UHGV virus genome: UHGV-0067928
Strand: one strand, 5' to 3'
Origin: a virus
Length of the DNA stretch: 24,002 nt
The position numbers and the translations under genes were made by a program. Within the stretch, counting starts at the first letter, position 1. Every line of letters starts with the position of its first letter. Shown one piece after another: positions 1 through 7,130 of this stretch. The notes beneath the pieces were generated by a model. That model searched no databases. It saw only the letters and a program-made list of their open reading frames with translations, and was not told the DNA's origin.

Positions 1-13
1 TGACGGGTAAAAA

Positions 14-1207
14 GTGGATAAAATAATTTTACCCACCGGATTTTTACCCATGCTCACCGTTAAGCAGATTGAAGCAGCAAAGCCGAAAGAAAAACCATAC
101 CGCCTTCTCGATGGTAATGGCCTGTACCTTTATGTCCCTGTGTCAGGGAAAAAGGTATGGCAGCTTCGCTACAAGATTGACGGTAAGGAGAAAATCCTGA
201 CTGTCGGAAAATATCCGCTTATGACTTTGCAGGAGGCAAGGGATAAAGCATGGACTGCGAGGAAAGACATCTCGGTTGGCATAGATCCGGTAAAAGCGAA
301 AAAGGCTTCGTCTAACAACAACTCCTTTAGTGCCATTTACAAGGAATGGTACGAGCACAAGAAGCAAGTGTGGTCTGTAGGGTATGCGACTGAACTTGCC
401 AAAATGTTTGATGACGACATTTTACCCATCATCGGCGGTCTCGAGATTCTGGATATTGAGCCGATGCAACTGCTGGAAGTAATCCGCAGATTTGAAGATC
501 GCGGTGCAATGGAGCGAGCCAACAAAGCCCGCAGAAGATGCGGCGAGGTTTTCCGTTACGCTATTGTCACTGGTAGGGCTAAATATAACCCGGCACCTGA
601 CCTTGCTGACGCCATGAAGGGATACCGCAAGAAAAACTTCCCGTTTCTTCCTGCAGACCAGATCCCGGCATTTAACAAAGCACTGGCAACATTTTCAGGA
701 AGCATCGTATCGCTCATTGCGACCAAGGTTTTACGCTATACAGCCCTAAGAACGAAAGAGCTTCGTTCCATGCAATGGAAGAACGTCGATTTTGAAAACA
801 GGATTATCACCATCGACGCCAGTGTGATGAAGGGTCGCAAAATTCATGTGGTTCCTATGTCAGACCAGGTGGTTGAACTTCTCACTACGCTAAGCTCAAT
901 CACTAAACCAGTATCAGAGTTTGTTTTTGCCGGTCGCAACGATAAGAAGAAGCCAATCTGCGAGAACGCGGTATTGCTTGTGATCAAACAAATCGGCTAT
1001 GAGGGTCTGGAAAGCGGTCACGGATTCAGGCATGAATTCAGCACAATTATGAACGAGCACGAATGGCCTGCTGACGCCATTGAAGTGCAACTTGCACATG
1101 CCAACGGCGGATCTGTGCGCGGAATTTACAACCATGCTCAGTATCTCGATAAACGCAGAGAAATGATGCAGTGGTGGGCGGACTGGCTTGATGAAAAGGT
1201 GGAGTGA
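14..1207 (+). CDS. int: Tyrosine integrase, P4-type (site-specific recombinase)
   Basis: 397-aa ORF with the N-terminal pattern typical of P4-family integrases (IEAAKPKEKPYRLLDGNGLYLYV) and a C-terminal catalytic region. ATG at 50 (MLTVKQIEAAKP...) is the more likely true start; GTG at 14 is the longest-ORF start. Confidence 0.9.
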   Translation: MDKIILPTGFLPMLTVKQIEAAKPKEKPYRLLDGNGLYLYVPVSGKKVWQLRYKIDGKEKILTVGKYPLMTLQEARDKAWTARKDISVGIDPVKAKKASSNNNSFSAIYKEWYEHKKQVWSVGYATELAKMFDDDILPIIGGLEILDIEPMQLLEVIRRFEDRGAMERANKARRRCGEVFRYAIVTGRAKYNPAPDLADAMKGYRKKNFPFLPADQIPAFNKALATFSGSIVSLIATKVLRYTALRTKELRSMQWKNVDFENRIITIDASVMKGRKIHVVPMSDQVVELLTTLSSITKPVSEFVFAGRNDKKKPICENAVLLVIKQIGYEGLESGHGFRHEFSTIMNEHEWPADAIEVQLAHANGGSVRGIYNHAQYLDKRREMMQWWADWLDEKVE

Positions 1208-1231
1208 TCCACCTTAACCACTATCGAAGAG

Positions 1232-1282
1232 CACAAAGCCTTGCAATCCAGTGCAAAGCTTTGTGTGTCTCAGTTTTGTTTC
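1232..1282 (+). terminator. Putative intrinsic terminator downstream of int
   Basis: Inverted repeat CACAAAGC/GCTTTGTG with inner TTGCA/TGCAA pairing (1232-1265), followed by T-rich TGTCTCAGTTTTGTTTC. Confidence 0.45.
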
Positions 1283-1351
1283 ATAGGTAATCATGCGTTC
1301 ACTACGATGCAAGAATCCATACCAAATTTTATTTAAAACTCACAAATACAC
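1283..1351. other. Candidate attP-containing spacer between convergent int and tailspike
   Basis: Non-coding AT-rich segment between the two face-to-face terminators, in the position where P22-like phages carry att. No tRNA 3'-end match could be confirmed by eye. Confidence 0.25.
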
Positions 1352-1384
1352 TAGATAAAAACAATCCCGCAGTTTTCATGCGGG
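1352..1384 (-). terminator. Intrinsic terminator downstream of tailspike
   Basis: Stem CCCGCA / TGCGGG (1366-1371 and 1379-1384) with a 7-nt loop; on the minus strand it is followed by ATTGTTTTTAT. Confidence 0.5.
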
Positions 1385-1404
1385 ATATACTGCATTTATT
1401 GCAA

Positions 1405-3879
1405 CTACATTGCCATTAATATAAACATAGCCAATTCGTCATAACGAATTCCGTAGCGTCCACCTGCTTTTTTTACAAGAATCATATTTCCTGTTTTATA
1501 TTGAGAATAAATTTTCTCACCTGTATCAGGATCTGTGCTCTCTTCAGTTATCACCTCTTCATCCCATACGTCTGGCCATTCATCGTAACACCAAAAAGCA
1601 TATTGCTCAGGATTTAAACCATGCTTTCTAAGAATATCTCCTACGGTTTGAGCACCAACTCCAAAATGATACCTTGATAACTCCAATCCTTTAAAATTAA
1701 TCGACTCATTAAACCTGAACTTGCATATAATTCCCTTTATTTCCAGCGCAGCATCACGCTCTGCCTGAGTAATGTCATATATTGTTTTAAGTGTTTCATC
1801 TGATGTGCTTATAGTCCCGGATGCAGAATAAATCTGAGCCCATCTAAATGATGGTGCACCAAGAGATTTGCTGTTATCAATAATTGGTGAAAAATTACCT
1901 TTAATGGCAATATTTCCAGAGTCGCCGAATATATTAATAACTGCAGAGTCATCACCATGGTTTTTTACGCTTAAGTTTCTTGATGAAATATTTATATCTT
2001 TGTTATATCCACTAACATAAATCCATCTTTTACCATCAATGTGATGCCCGGAAATATTTCCGTTTGATTGTTCGTCAGGTGACTCTCTAAGAACAATAGC
2101 ATCTACTCCAGACGACCATTGTATTTTTGTATCTGTAGGCCTCCAGTTCTTTATAATGAACGAACCATCAGTAAACTCCGTTTTTATTTGTCTATTGTCT
2201 ACAAATGCGTCTCTTGGTTTAAACTCACTTGTGTTAACGCTGCTCTGAAGATCAGAAGCAAAAAATCTAAGATTTCCTGTATAACCCTGAGTCTCGGTCA
2301 GGTTATACGCAATCATAATTCCATTTTCAAACTCAGATGATGTTATTTTAACATCACGGCAATCACCAAAAATGCAATTTCCTTTATCAAATGTTGTTTG
2401 AGCTTTGAATTTATCAAACCTTAAATTACGAACAGGGAAACCATCAACCTCTAATGCAAAGGATGCAGGAAGGCCAAAGTATTCTGATGGCTTACCTGAT
2501 GTATGATCAAGAGTAGTGGCTACTGTATTCTCAAAAACAGTCCCGCTAAAATTATTACCAATTGACGGAAACCTGATTACACTTATTGTACCTTGTATTT
2601 CAGGAGAAATACCAGATAGTGTGATGTTAGTTCCATCAAATGATGCATCTGAATACGTATATACTGATTCACTGCCAGCAATTTTAAACTGTTTAACTGA
2701 AGTTATTCTCATCGACTTTTTATGTTTAAATGTCACTGAGCTTTCAGTATTACTTACAAGATCAATCTGAGGGCTATTCCTTATCGCGATTCCTGACTGG
2801 ACATAAACGTTATTAAAGTGCGTTTTTTCAGGATTTCCCTTCATTGAAAGGCTCCCGTCATTTTCTGTCAGTAGTAGTCCTTTTACCCTCCAATAGCCGA
2901 CAATCTGTACGTTATCAATAACTGAATCACAGCTATCGTATACATGCAACCCTATATCCCAGTTATCACCCAATGAATAAGAATCAGGGTTATTGTATCC
3001 TTCAATACCATTTTTACTTACCATTATTCTCAGATTGCGTAACTGTGATGCCCTGTTGATACTAACAGCTACGCTCATGGCTTTTGGTGTAGCAGGAGTA
3101 ACACCTACAGAATCTTCATTCGTAAACTCAGTGAACTTACAAGATATCCCTTCAACAATTTTAGCTGGTCTTTCATTAGAGATGTTAAAAAAATATTTGT
3201 TTTTTTCTCCATCACCAGTAAATACAAGATGGGTTCCTTTACTCCAACTTTTTAATAATCTTTCAGGCGCTGGTCTATATGTGTCCCAATAATCAATGCC
3301 AGATCCAACCAGTGAACACCCCTCAGGAATGTTAATATTCTTCTTGATGATGCATATTCCTTCAGGAATTGTTATAACCGACCTTCCAGAGTTTAAAGCT
3401 TTAATAAAAGCATCTGAATCATCTGTTACCCCATCTATTTTTGCTCCCCACCCTCTAACATCTCCACAATCTCTCCATCGTGCCATCTGCAACTCAGGAT
3501 ATTTTTTAGCGCCATCTGGATCTTCTAATTGCTGCCGTAGCTGATCGGGGTCATACTTCAGCACATTAGGAAAATAGAACTGCTGCGCACCATACGCATC
3601 GTATACAGCCATAGAATGGCCTTGCACAGTTACGAACTTGGCAATCTGTCCGTTATATACCGGATATCCAGCAGCGTTAATGATGATTGGCTGCGAAACA
3701 GGAACGTGAGAACCGTCTTCATTCTCCACATAAACCTGAATCTGGTTTTCAGGATTTACTGGGTCAGTGTCAATTTTACCGATATAAATTTTGCCATTGG
3801 CTACGGCTTTAAAAGAACGAGCCATAGTGAAGAGTTGAGAAGGCATGCTCACTACAACATTGGCTGTAATGTCTGTCAT
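1405..3879 (-). CDS. Tailspike protein: P22-type head-binding N-domain, beta-helix receptor-binding/depolymerase body, C-terminal S74-like autochaperone domain
   Basis: N-terminus [11 protein letters not shown]...[12 protein letters not shown]...VLKYDPDQ closely follows the P22 gp9 head-binding domain. Repetitive beta-helix-like middle. C-terminal ~130 aa begin [11 protein letters not shown], resembling the intramolecular-chaperone (peptidase S74) domain of endosialidase-type tail fibres. SD GGAG lies 8 nt upstream of the ATG. Confidence 0.9.
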   Translation of the reverse strand: MTDITANVVVSMPSQLFTMARSFKAVANGKIYIGKIDTDPVNPENQIQVYVENEDGSHVPVSQPIIINAAGYPVYNGQIAKFVTVQGHSMAVYDAYGAQQFYFPNVLKYDPDQLRQQLEDPDGAKKYPELQMARWRDCGDVRGWGAKIDGVTDDSDAFIKALNSGRSVITIPEGICIIKKNINIPEGCSLVGSGIDYWDTYRPAPERLLKSWSKGTHLVFTGDGEKNKYFFNISNERPAKIVEGISCKFTEFTNEDSVGVTPATPKAMSVAVSINRASQLRNLRIMVSKNGIEGYNNPDSYSLGDNWDIGLHVYDSCDSVIDNVQIVGYWRVKGLLLTENDGSLSMKGNPEKTHFNNVYVQSGIAIRNSPQIDLVSNTESSVTFKHKKSMRITSVKQFKIAGSESVYTYSDASFDGTNITLSGISPEIQGTISVIRFPSIGNNFSGTVFENTVATTLDHTSGKPSEYFGLPASFALEVDGFPVRNLRFDKFKAQTTFDKGNCIFGDCRDVKITSSEFENGIMIAYNLTETQGYTGNLRFFASDLQSSVNTSEFKPRDAFVDNRQIKTEFTDGSFIIKNWRPTDTKIQWSSGVDAIVLRESPDEQSNGNISGHHIDGKRWIYVSGYNKDINISSRNLSVKNHGDDSAVINIFGDSGNIAIKGNFSPIIDNSKSLGAPSFRWAQIYSASGTISTSDETLKTIYDITQAERDAALEIKGIICKFRFNESINFKGLELSRYHFGVGAQTVGDILRKHGLNPEQYAFWCYDEWPDVWDEEVITEESTDPDTGEKIYSQYKTGNMILVKKAGGRYGIRYDELAMFILMAM

Positions 3880-3943
3880 TTAATTTGCTCCAGATACAAT
3901 GAATCGCCGCAGCGTAGCTACGGTGAGTATTTGTTTGCTTTTT

Positions 3944-3966
3944 GCACTACACTTTTTGTGTAGTGC
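3944..3966. promoter_or_regulatory. Perfect 9-bp inverted repeat in the tailspike leader
   Basis: GCACTACAC-TTTTT-GTGTAGTGC. No flanking U-run on either strand. Shares the CTACAC/GTGTAG half-site with the arc/mnt operator cluster. Confidence 0.3.
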
Positions 3967-4014
3967 TATCCATCAAGGCCATCGCCGCTTAGTTGCTGCG
4001 GTGAATTTTGGGCA

Positions 4015-4038
4015 TAAAAAAACCCAGCCGAAGCTGGG
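4015..4038 (-). terminator. Intrinsic terminator between ant and tailspike
   Basis: On the minus strand: CCCAGC-TTCG-GCTGGG followed by eight T. Matches the terminator known between ant and gene 9 in P22. Confidence 0.6.
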
Positions 4039-4057
4039 TCGTTGCGTTGGTTATCTG

Positions 4058-4981
4058 TCAGTAGTTATGTACTGAAGGAGGTAATTCTTTATTCTTAAGT
4101 CTCATCCATGCGGAAATATTCGTTGGTCCGTCTGGCTCATTGATATCAACATCTCGTGTGTGATTGATTAAAACGTCTCTCGCCATTCCGATAACATACG
4201 AGAATTCATGACCGTAGTCGTAGCATCTGCCGGAATAGTTCGATTGAATTTGTTTTAATGCCGGATACAGTTCGCGGAATAATGCCTGTGAGCGGTTGGC
4301 ATAATCCCATAGCCATACAAGGCTGTTTGCTTCTTTTGCAGAAAGCTCGTTGGTTTTCTTCTCTTGTTTGCCAATGAACTCACCTTCAAGCGGAACTCGA
4401 GCTGCAAGTGACAGTGCTTCGGTAAACTGCTCCTCACTGATTTCTTTGTATGAACATCCAAAATGGGATTTCAGTGACGACCACATGGTGATCATCGCCT
4501 TAGCCTGTTTTTCCTTTGGCAGAGACTGACCGCGACTCATGACGAGTTGTTTAATGGCTTCCTGCTGTTCAGTGGTGATTTTACCCGGCAACGCCTTTTT
4601 AGCTTTGCGTGGGTTAACTACATGACCTTTAGTCCAGTACTCATAGAGCACATCGTCACACTCTTCCTGATACTGGATTACCTTGTCGCGGATTTCAGGG
4701 CGGACTTTGTTAGGGCTGATGGTTTGCAACCAGCCATTCAGTTTACGTAAAGCAAGGCAAATCATGGTCTGCACACCGCCAACTGAAGGTATTGCGATTT
4801 CCACAATACCTTTAGCAAATCTTTGTTTTAACTTTGTAAACTGTGAAGCCCAATCCATACCCATTCCCTCAACGATAGGTTTCATTGGGGTATACGGTTC
4901 GCCGTTGTGATTGACAACATAAAGCTCTGCGCCGTGGAATGGTACATTGATAGTAGATACTGCTGTTGCTATACTTTTCAT
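4058..4981 (-). CDS. ant: Antirepressor Ant
   Basis: 307 aa. The N-terminal region (MKPIVEGMG...[24 protein letters not shown]...[15 protein letters not shown]) matches the AntA/P22 Ant family; it sits downstream of arc as in P22 immI. Confidence 0.8.
   Translation of the reverse strand: MKSIATAVSTINVPFHGAELYVVNHNGEPYTPMKPIVEGMGMDWASQFTKLKQRFAKGIVEIAIPSVGGVQTMICLALRKLNGWLQTISPNKVRPEIRDKVIQYQEECDDVLYEYWTKGHVVNPRKAKKALPGKITTEQQEAIKQLVMSRGQSLPKEKQAKAMITMWSSLKSHFGCSYKEISEEQFTEALSLAARVPLEGEFIGKQEKKTNELSAKEANSLVWLWDYANRSQALFRELYPALKQIQSNYSGRCYDYGHEFSYVIGMARDVLINHTRDVDINEPDGPTNISAWMRLKNKELPPSVHNY
4947..4975 (+). promoter_or_regulatory. Putative Psar promoter (antisense to ant)
   Basis: -35 TTGATA (4947-4952), 17-bp spacer, -10 TATACT (4970-4975), located within the first codons of ant on the opposite strand. 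Confidence 0.45.
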
Positions 4982-5054
4982 GTCGTTAATTCCTATGCGT
5001 GGTTTTACGATACCGAAGCCCTGACTGTTCCAGCAGTTGGGGCTTCAACTTTTT
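4982..5054 (+). ncRNA. sar: Sar-like small antisense RNA covering the ant ribosome-binding site
   Basis: About 70 nt from the predicted start after Psar to the hairpin GAAGCCC...GGGCTTC (5015-5046) plus TTTTT (5050-5054). Complementary to the ant start/RBS and arc 3' end, the same architecture as P22 sar. Confidence 0.4.
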
Positions 5055-5185
5055 AGGCTGCGAATAAGACGCTGCACTATTTCTGAATTTAAAGACCTGC
5101 CCTCCTCCTTAGCCTTTTCCTTCAATTTTTCTTTAATCTCTGGCGGGATACGAATCCCTAATGGAGCGATGTCTCTAACTTTCAT
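5045..5185 (-). CDS. arc: Arc-like ribbon-helix-helix repressor
   Basis: MKVRDIAPLGIRIPPEIKEKLKEKAKEEGRSLNSEIVQRLIRSLKS (46 aa) shows the Arc/MetJ pattern (GRS-NSEI). The ATG at 5185 is preceded by GAGGTG; the longer ORF-track start at 5245 has no RBS. Confidence 0.75.
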   Translation of the reverse strand: MKVRDIAPLGIRIPPEIKEKLKEKAKEEGRSLNSEIVQRLIRSLKS

Positions 5186-5199
5186 TTCCACCTCACTTG

Positions 5200-5283
5200 C
5201 TACACCGTGACAACTAAATACTACACCGTGTTTATTTAAAGTCAAAAATTTTTTGCCTACACTGTGTAGCTACGCACAGTGTG
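5200..5283. promoter_or_regulatory. Divergent arc/ant and mnt promoter-operator region
   Basis: Direct repeats CTACACCGTG at 5200-5209 and 5221-5230; palindrome CTACAC-T-GTGTAG (5257-5269) inside the longer inverted repeat ACACTGTG...CACAGTGT (5259-5282). Candidate minus-strand promoter: -35 TTGACT (5240-5245), -10 TAGTAT (5218-5223). Confidence 0.5.
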
Positions 5284-5294
5284 CAGGAGGAGAA

Positions 5295-5546
5295 ATGAAA
5301 GGTGCAAGAGATATCAGTCCATTGGGGATTAGGATTCCAGACTATTTAAAGAAACGCATTCAGCAAGAAGCGGATAAAAACGGCAGATCAATGAACTCAG
5401 AGATTGTGCTTATCCTTCAAAAACATGTTGATAATCTTGATGGCTCTCGCTCACTTGAAGGATTCGCTAACCAAGAAGCTGATAAATTCAAAGAGGCGCT
5501 GCTTGAGACGCTGAGGAACATGCAAGAAAACAAAAAACCCACCTGA
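5295..5546 (+). CDS. mnt: Mnt-like ribbon-helix-helix repressor
   Basis: MKGARDISPLGIRIPDYLKKRIQQEADKNGRSMNSEIV... (83 aa) has an RHH N-domain and C-terminal helix like P22 Mnt. SD AGGAGG lies 5 nt upstream of the ATG at 5295, divergent from arc. Confidence 0.75.
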   Translation: MKGARDISPLGIRIPDYLKKRIQQEADKNGRSMNSEIVLILQKHVDNLDGSRSLEGFANQEADKFKEALLETLRNMQENKKPT

Positions 5547-5559
5547 AGGTGGGTTTAGT
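5538..5559 (-). terminator. Intrinsic terminator of the two-gene operon (convergent with the mnt 3' end)
   Basis: Minus strand: ACCCACC-TTCA-GGTGGGT followed by TTTTTGT, immediately after the TAA of the 149-aa gene. The stem overlaps the last codons of mnt. Confidence 0.6.
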
Positions 5560-6004
5560 CAAACATAGTGTTTCTAAAGTCTCTCGCATACCCTGCTAAC
5601 ACTCTCATTCTATTATGATTGTTAGCAGACATGTGAGCTACAGGATGAAAAAGAGCAATCAATGAATACCTGTTCTCATCAAAAAGATTTTGTGCATAAA
5701 CGAGAGCGGTATTGGATGTTTTATGCCACTGCAACTTTTGCGGTGTGCTGATATCTGTGCCATTTTTTATTGGCTCAAATTTATTTTCACCAATTGCTAA
5801 ATGAAGGTGCATAAGACCTGCATCTTCAATATCAGGAGGCCGATGATAAGAGGTGTCTCTGCCAAAATAGCTGGGCAACGTTCCCGTAGACTTGTAGATG
5901 ATAAAATCATCTACAAGTGTTTGTTTTAAATCAGGAAACTCAACAAAAACCGGGGAGAAAAAATAGTCAAAACTATCCTGATTATATTCCACGGTTACTT
6001 GCAT
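5555..6004 (-). CDS. Hypothetical protein, 149 aa; candidate toxin/effector of a two-gene module
   Basis: SD GAGG 7 nt upstream; start lies 8 nt after the stop of the upstream gene. No confident domain; a faint recalled resemblance to YafO-family toxins (FGRD, HLHL segments) is unverified. Confidence 0.6.
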   Translation of the reverse strand: MQVTVEYNQDSFDYFFSPVFVEFPDLKQTLVDDFIIYKSTGTLPSYFGRDTSYHRPPDIEDAGLMHLHLAIGENKFEPIKNGTDISTPQKLQWHKTSNTALVYAQNLFDENRYSLIALFHPVAHMSANNHNRMRVLAGYARDFRNTMFD

Positions 6005-6012
6005 GTTTTACC

Positions 6013-6579
6013 TCAGTGGAAGTTACCAGAGTGAAACACACGAGTCCCGTGCTCAGCAAGCGCACACAAACCAGCCATATCTACGGAACTATCAAAAACA
6101 ACCGGAACACATGAGCGTTGTTTAATAAGACTATTCAGGTTAGTTACGGCAGATCTAGCATCAGCAACAACGATATAGATATCTCTTGCGATCTCTTTAA
6201 AATCAGCAGAAGCTTCTTTGAATACCGATTTCATTGCCCCTTCAAGTCCTCTCAATTGATGCTCTATCAATCGAGACTTTTCTGGTTCAATGATAGACAA
6301 CACATTGTCTACATTCTCATCGGTAGCGTTTGCAAGAACACGATAAGCGTATTTCAGCATTCGAGACAATTCTTTAATCGAAGACACCGCCTCATGAAGC
6401 TCATTATTAGCCCGTTCACTGCTGAATGAGGATTGATGGTAAGCGTGCTGAACGTTATCAGTAACAACCACCTCACAACTGAACGCAGAAGCTTGCTGTA
6501 ATAGCAAACCTATTGCGACTCCAGCTTTGGCAGCGTTCAAGCTAAACATTTCATCAATCCCATTAGTCTCATTGCTCAT
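6013..6579 (-). CDS. Hypothetical protein, 188 aa; first gene of the two-gene module
   Basis: The ATG at 6579 is preceded by AAGGAGG with a 5-nt spacer; the ORF-track start at 6609 is less likely. Predicted helical, no recognisable motif. Confidence 0.6.
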   Translation of the reverse strand: MSNETNGIDEMFSLNAAKAGVAIGLLLQQASAFSCEVVVTDNVQHAYHQSSFSSERANNELHEAVSSIKELSRMLKYAYRVLANATDENVDNVLSIIEPEKSRLIEHQLRGLEGAMKSVFKEASADFKEIARDIYIVVADARSAVTNLNSLIKQRSCVPVVFDSSVDMAGLCALAEHGTRVFHSGNFH

Positions 6580-6646
6580 ACAAACCTCCTTCTTATCGGA
6601 GATTATCAATAGCTATGTATCCATTGAATACACGCTATGCGCAGTA

Positions 6647-6675
6647 ATTCTACGTCACGTGATATCATTATGCAA
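6647..6675 (-). promoter_or_regulatory. Putative promoter of the two-gene operon
   Basis: Minus strand: -35 TTGCAT, 17-bp spacer, -10 TAGAAT. The spacer contains the overlapping palindromes TCACGTGA and TGATATCA. Confidence 0.45.
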
Positions 6676-6750
6676 CCACCGTTCTATCACCAGTAGATGA
6701 TGCCTCTCCATACATCATCTGGTATCCTGCTCAAAACTAAGGAGGTTGGT

Positions 6751-7101
6751 GTGAATGCTCAGTCTGTCATCATGGTTTTCCTTGGGCTGATTGTCGCAAA
6801 ACTATATCCAGACTGGTGGAAAGGGGCATTAGCTACTGTCGCCATCTATTTGCTTTTATCCATCGTTAAGCGATCACTCGCTGAGACCGTAAATCAAGCA
6901 AAACGTTTCTCATTTAAGAGTTTAATAAACTATGTTACTGGGCTTATTTTTTGCCTTTCAATTCTGATCGCTTCGGCTTTTTTGCCCGTATCAATAGCTA
7001 ATTTTTTTGGCGCACCATATGAGGTAGGTTATCTATTCTCTGTTTCCTGTCTTGCCATTGCTCTTCTTTACCTTTGGACGAGATCAAAGAATAAAAATTA
7101 G
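6751..7101 (+). CDS. Small integral membrane protein (about 4 TM helices); candidate superinfection-exclusion or immunity protein
   Basis: The GTG at 6751 is preceded by AAGGAGG; the upstream ATGs at 6697/6700 lack an RBS. Four hydrophobic segments. Transcribed divergently from the two-gene operon, opposite to the late genes. Confidence 0.55.
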   Translation: MNAQSVIMVFLGLIVAKLYPDWWKGALATVAIYLLLSIVKRSLAETVNQAKRFSFKSLINYVTGLIFCLSILIASAFLPVSIANFFGAPYEVGYLFSVSCLAIALLYLWTRSKNKN

Positions 7102-7130
7102 CCATCCGTGGCTGCCAGTTATTGAGTTTC
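7100..7130 (-). terminator. Weak putative terminator after gp16
   Basis: Minus strand: AGCCA-CGGA-TGGCT followed by AATTTTTATT. Short stem. Confidence 0.3.

Noticed and set aside
2119-3963. Several plus-strand ORFs of 70-115 aa lying inside the tailspike gene (2119-2340, 2516-2770, 2993-3292, 3296-3544, 3616-3963)
   Set aside because: They are antisense shadow ORFs within a well-supported 824-aa coding sequence, have no RBS and low-complexity products.
3944-3966. Treating the 9-bp perfect hairpin upstream of the tailspike as a transcription terminator
   Set aside because: There is no U-run after the stem on either strand; the real ant-proximal terminator is the hairpin plus T8 at 4015-4038.
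5045-5245. Longer N-terminally extended arc ORF starting at 5245
   Set aside because: The extension has no Shine-Dalgarno and would cover the operator/promoter region; the ATG at 5185 with GAGGTG gives an Arc-sized RHH protein.
6697-6750. ATG-ATG start at 6697 for the membrane protein
   Set aside because: No RBS, and the codons sit inside the AGATGATG-N10-CATCATCT inverted repeat; the GTG at 6751 has a strong AAGGAGG.
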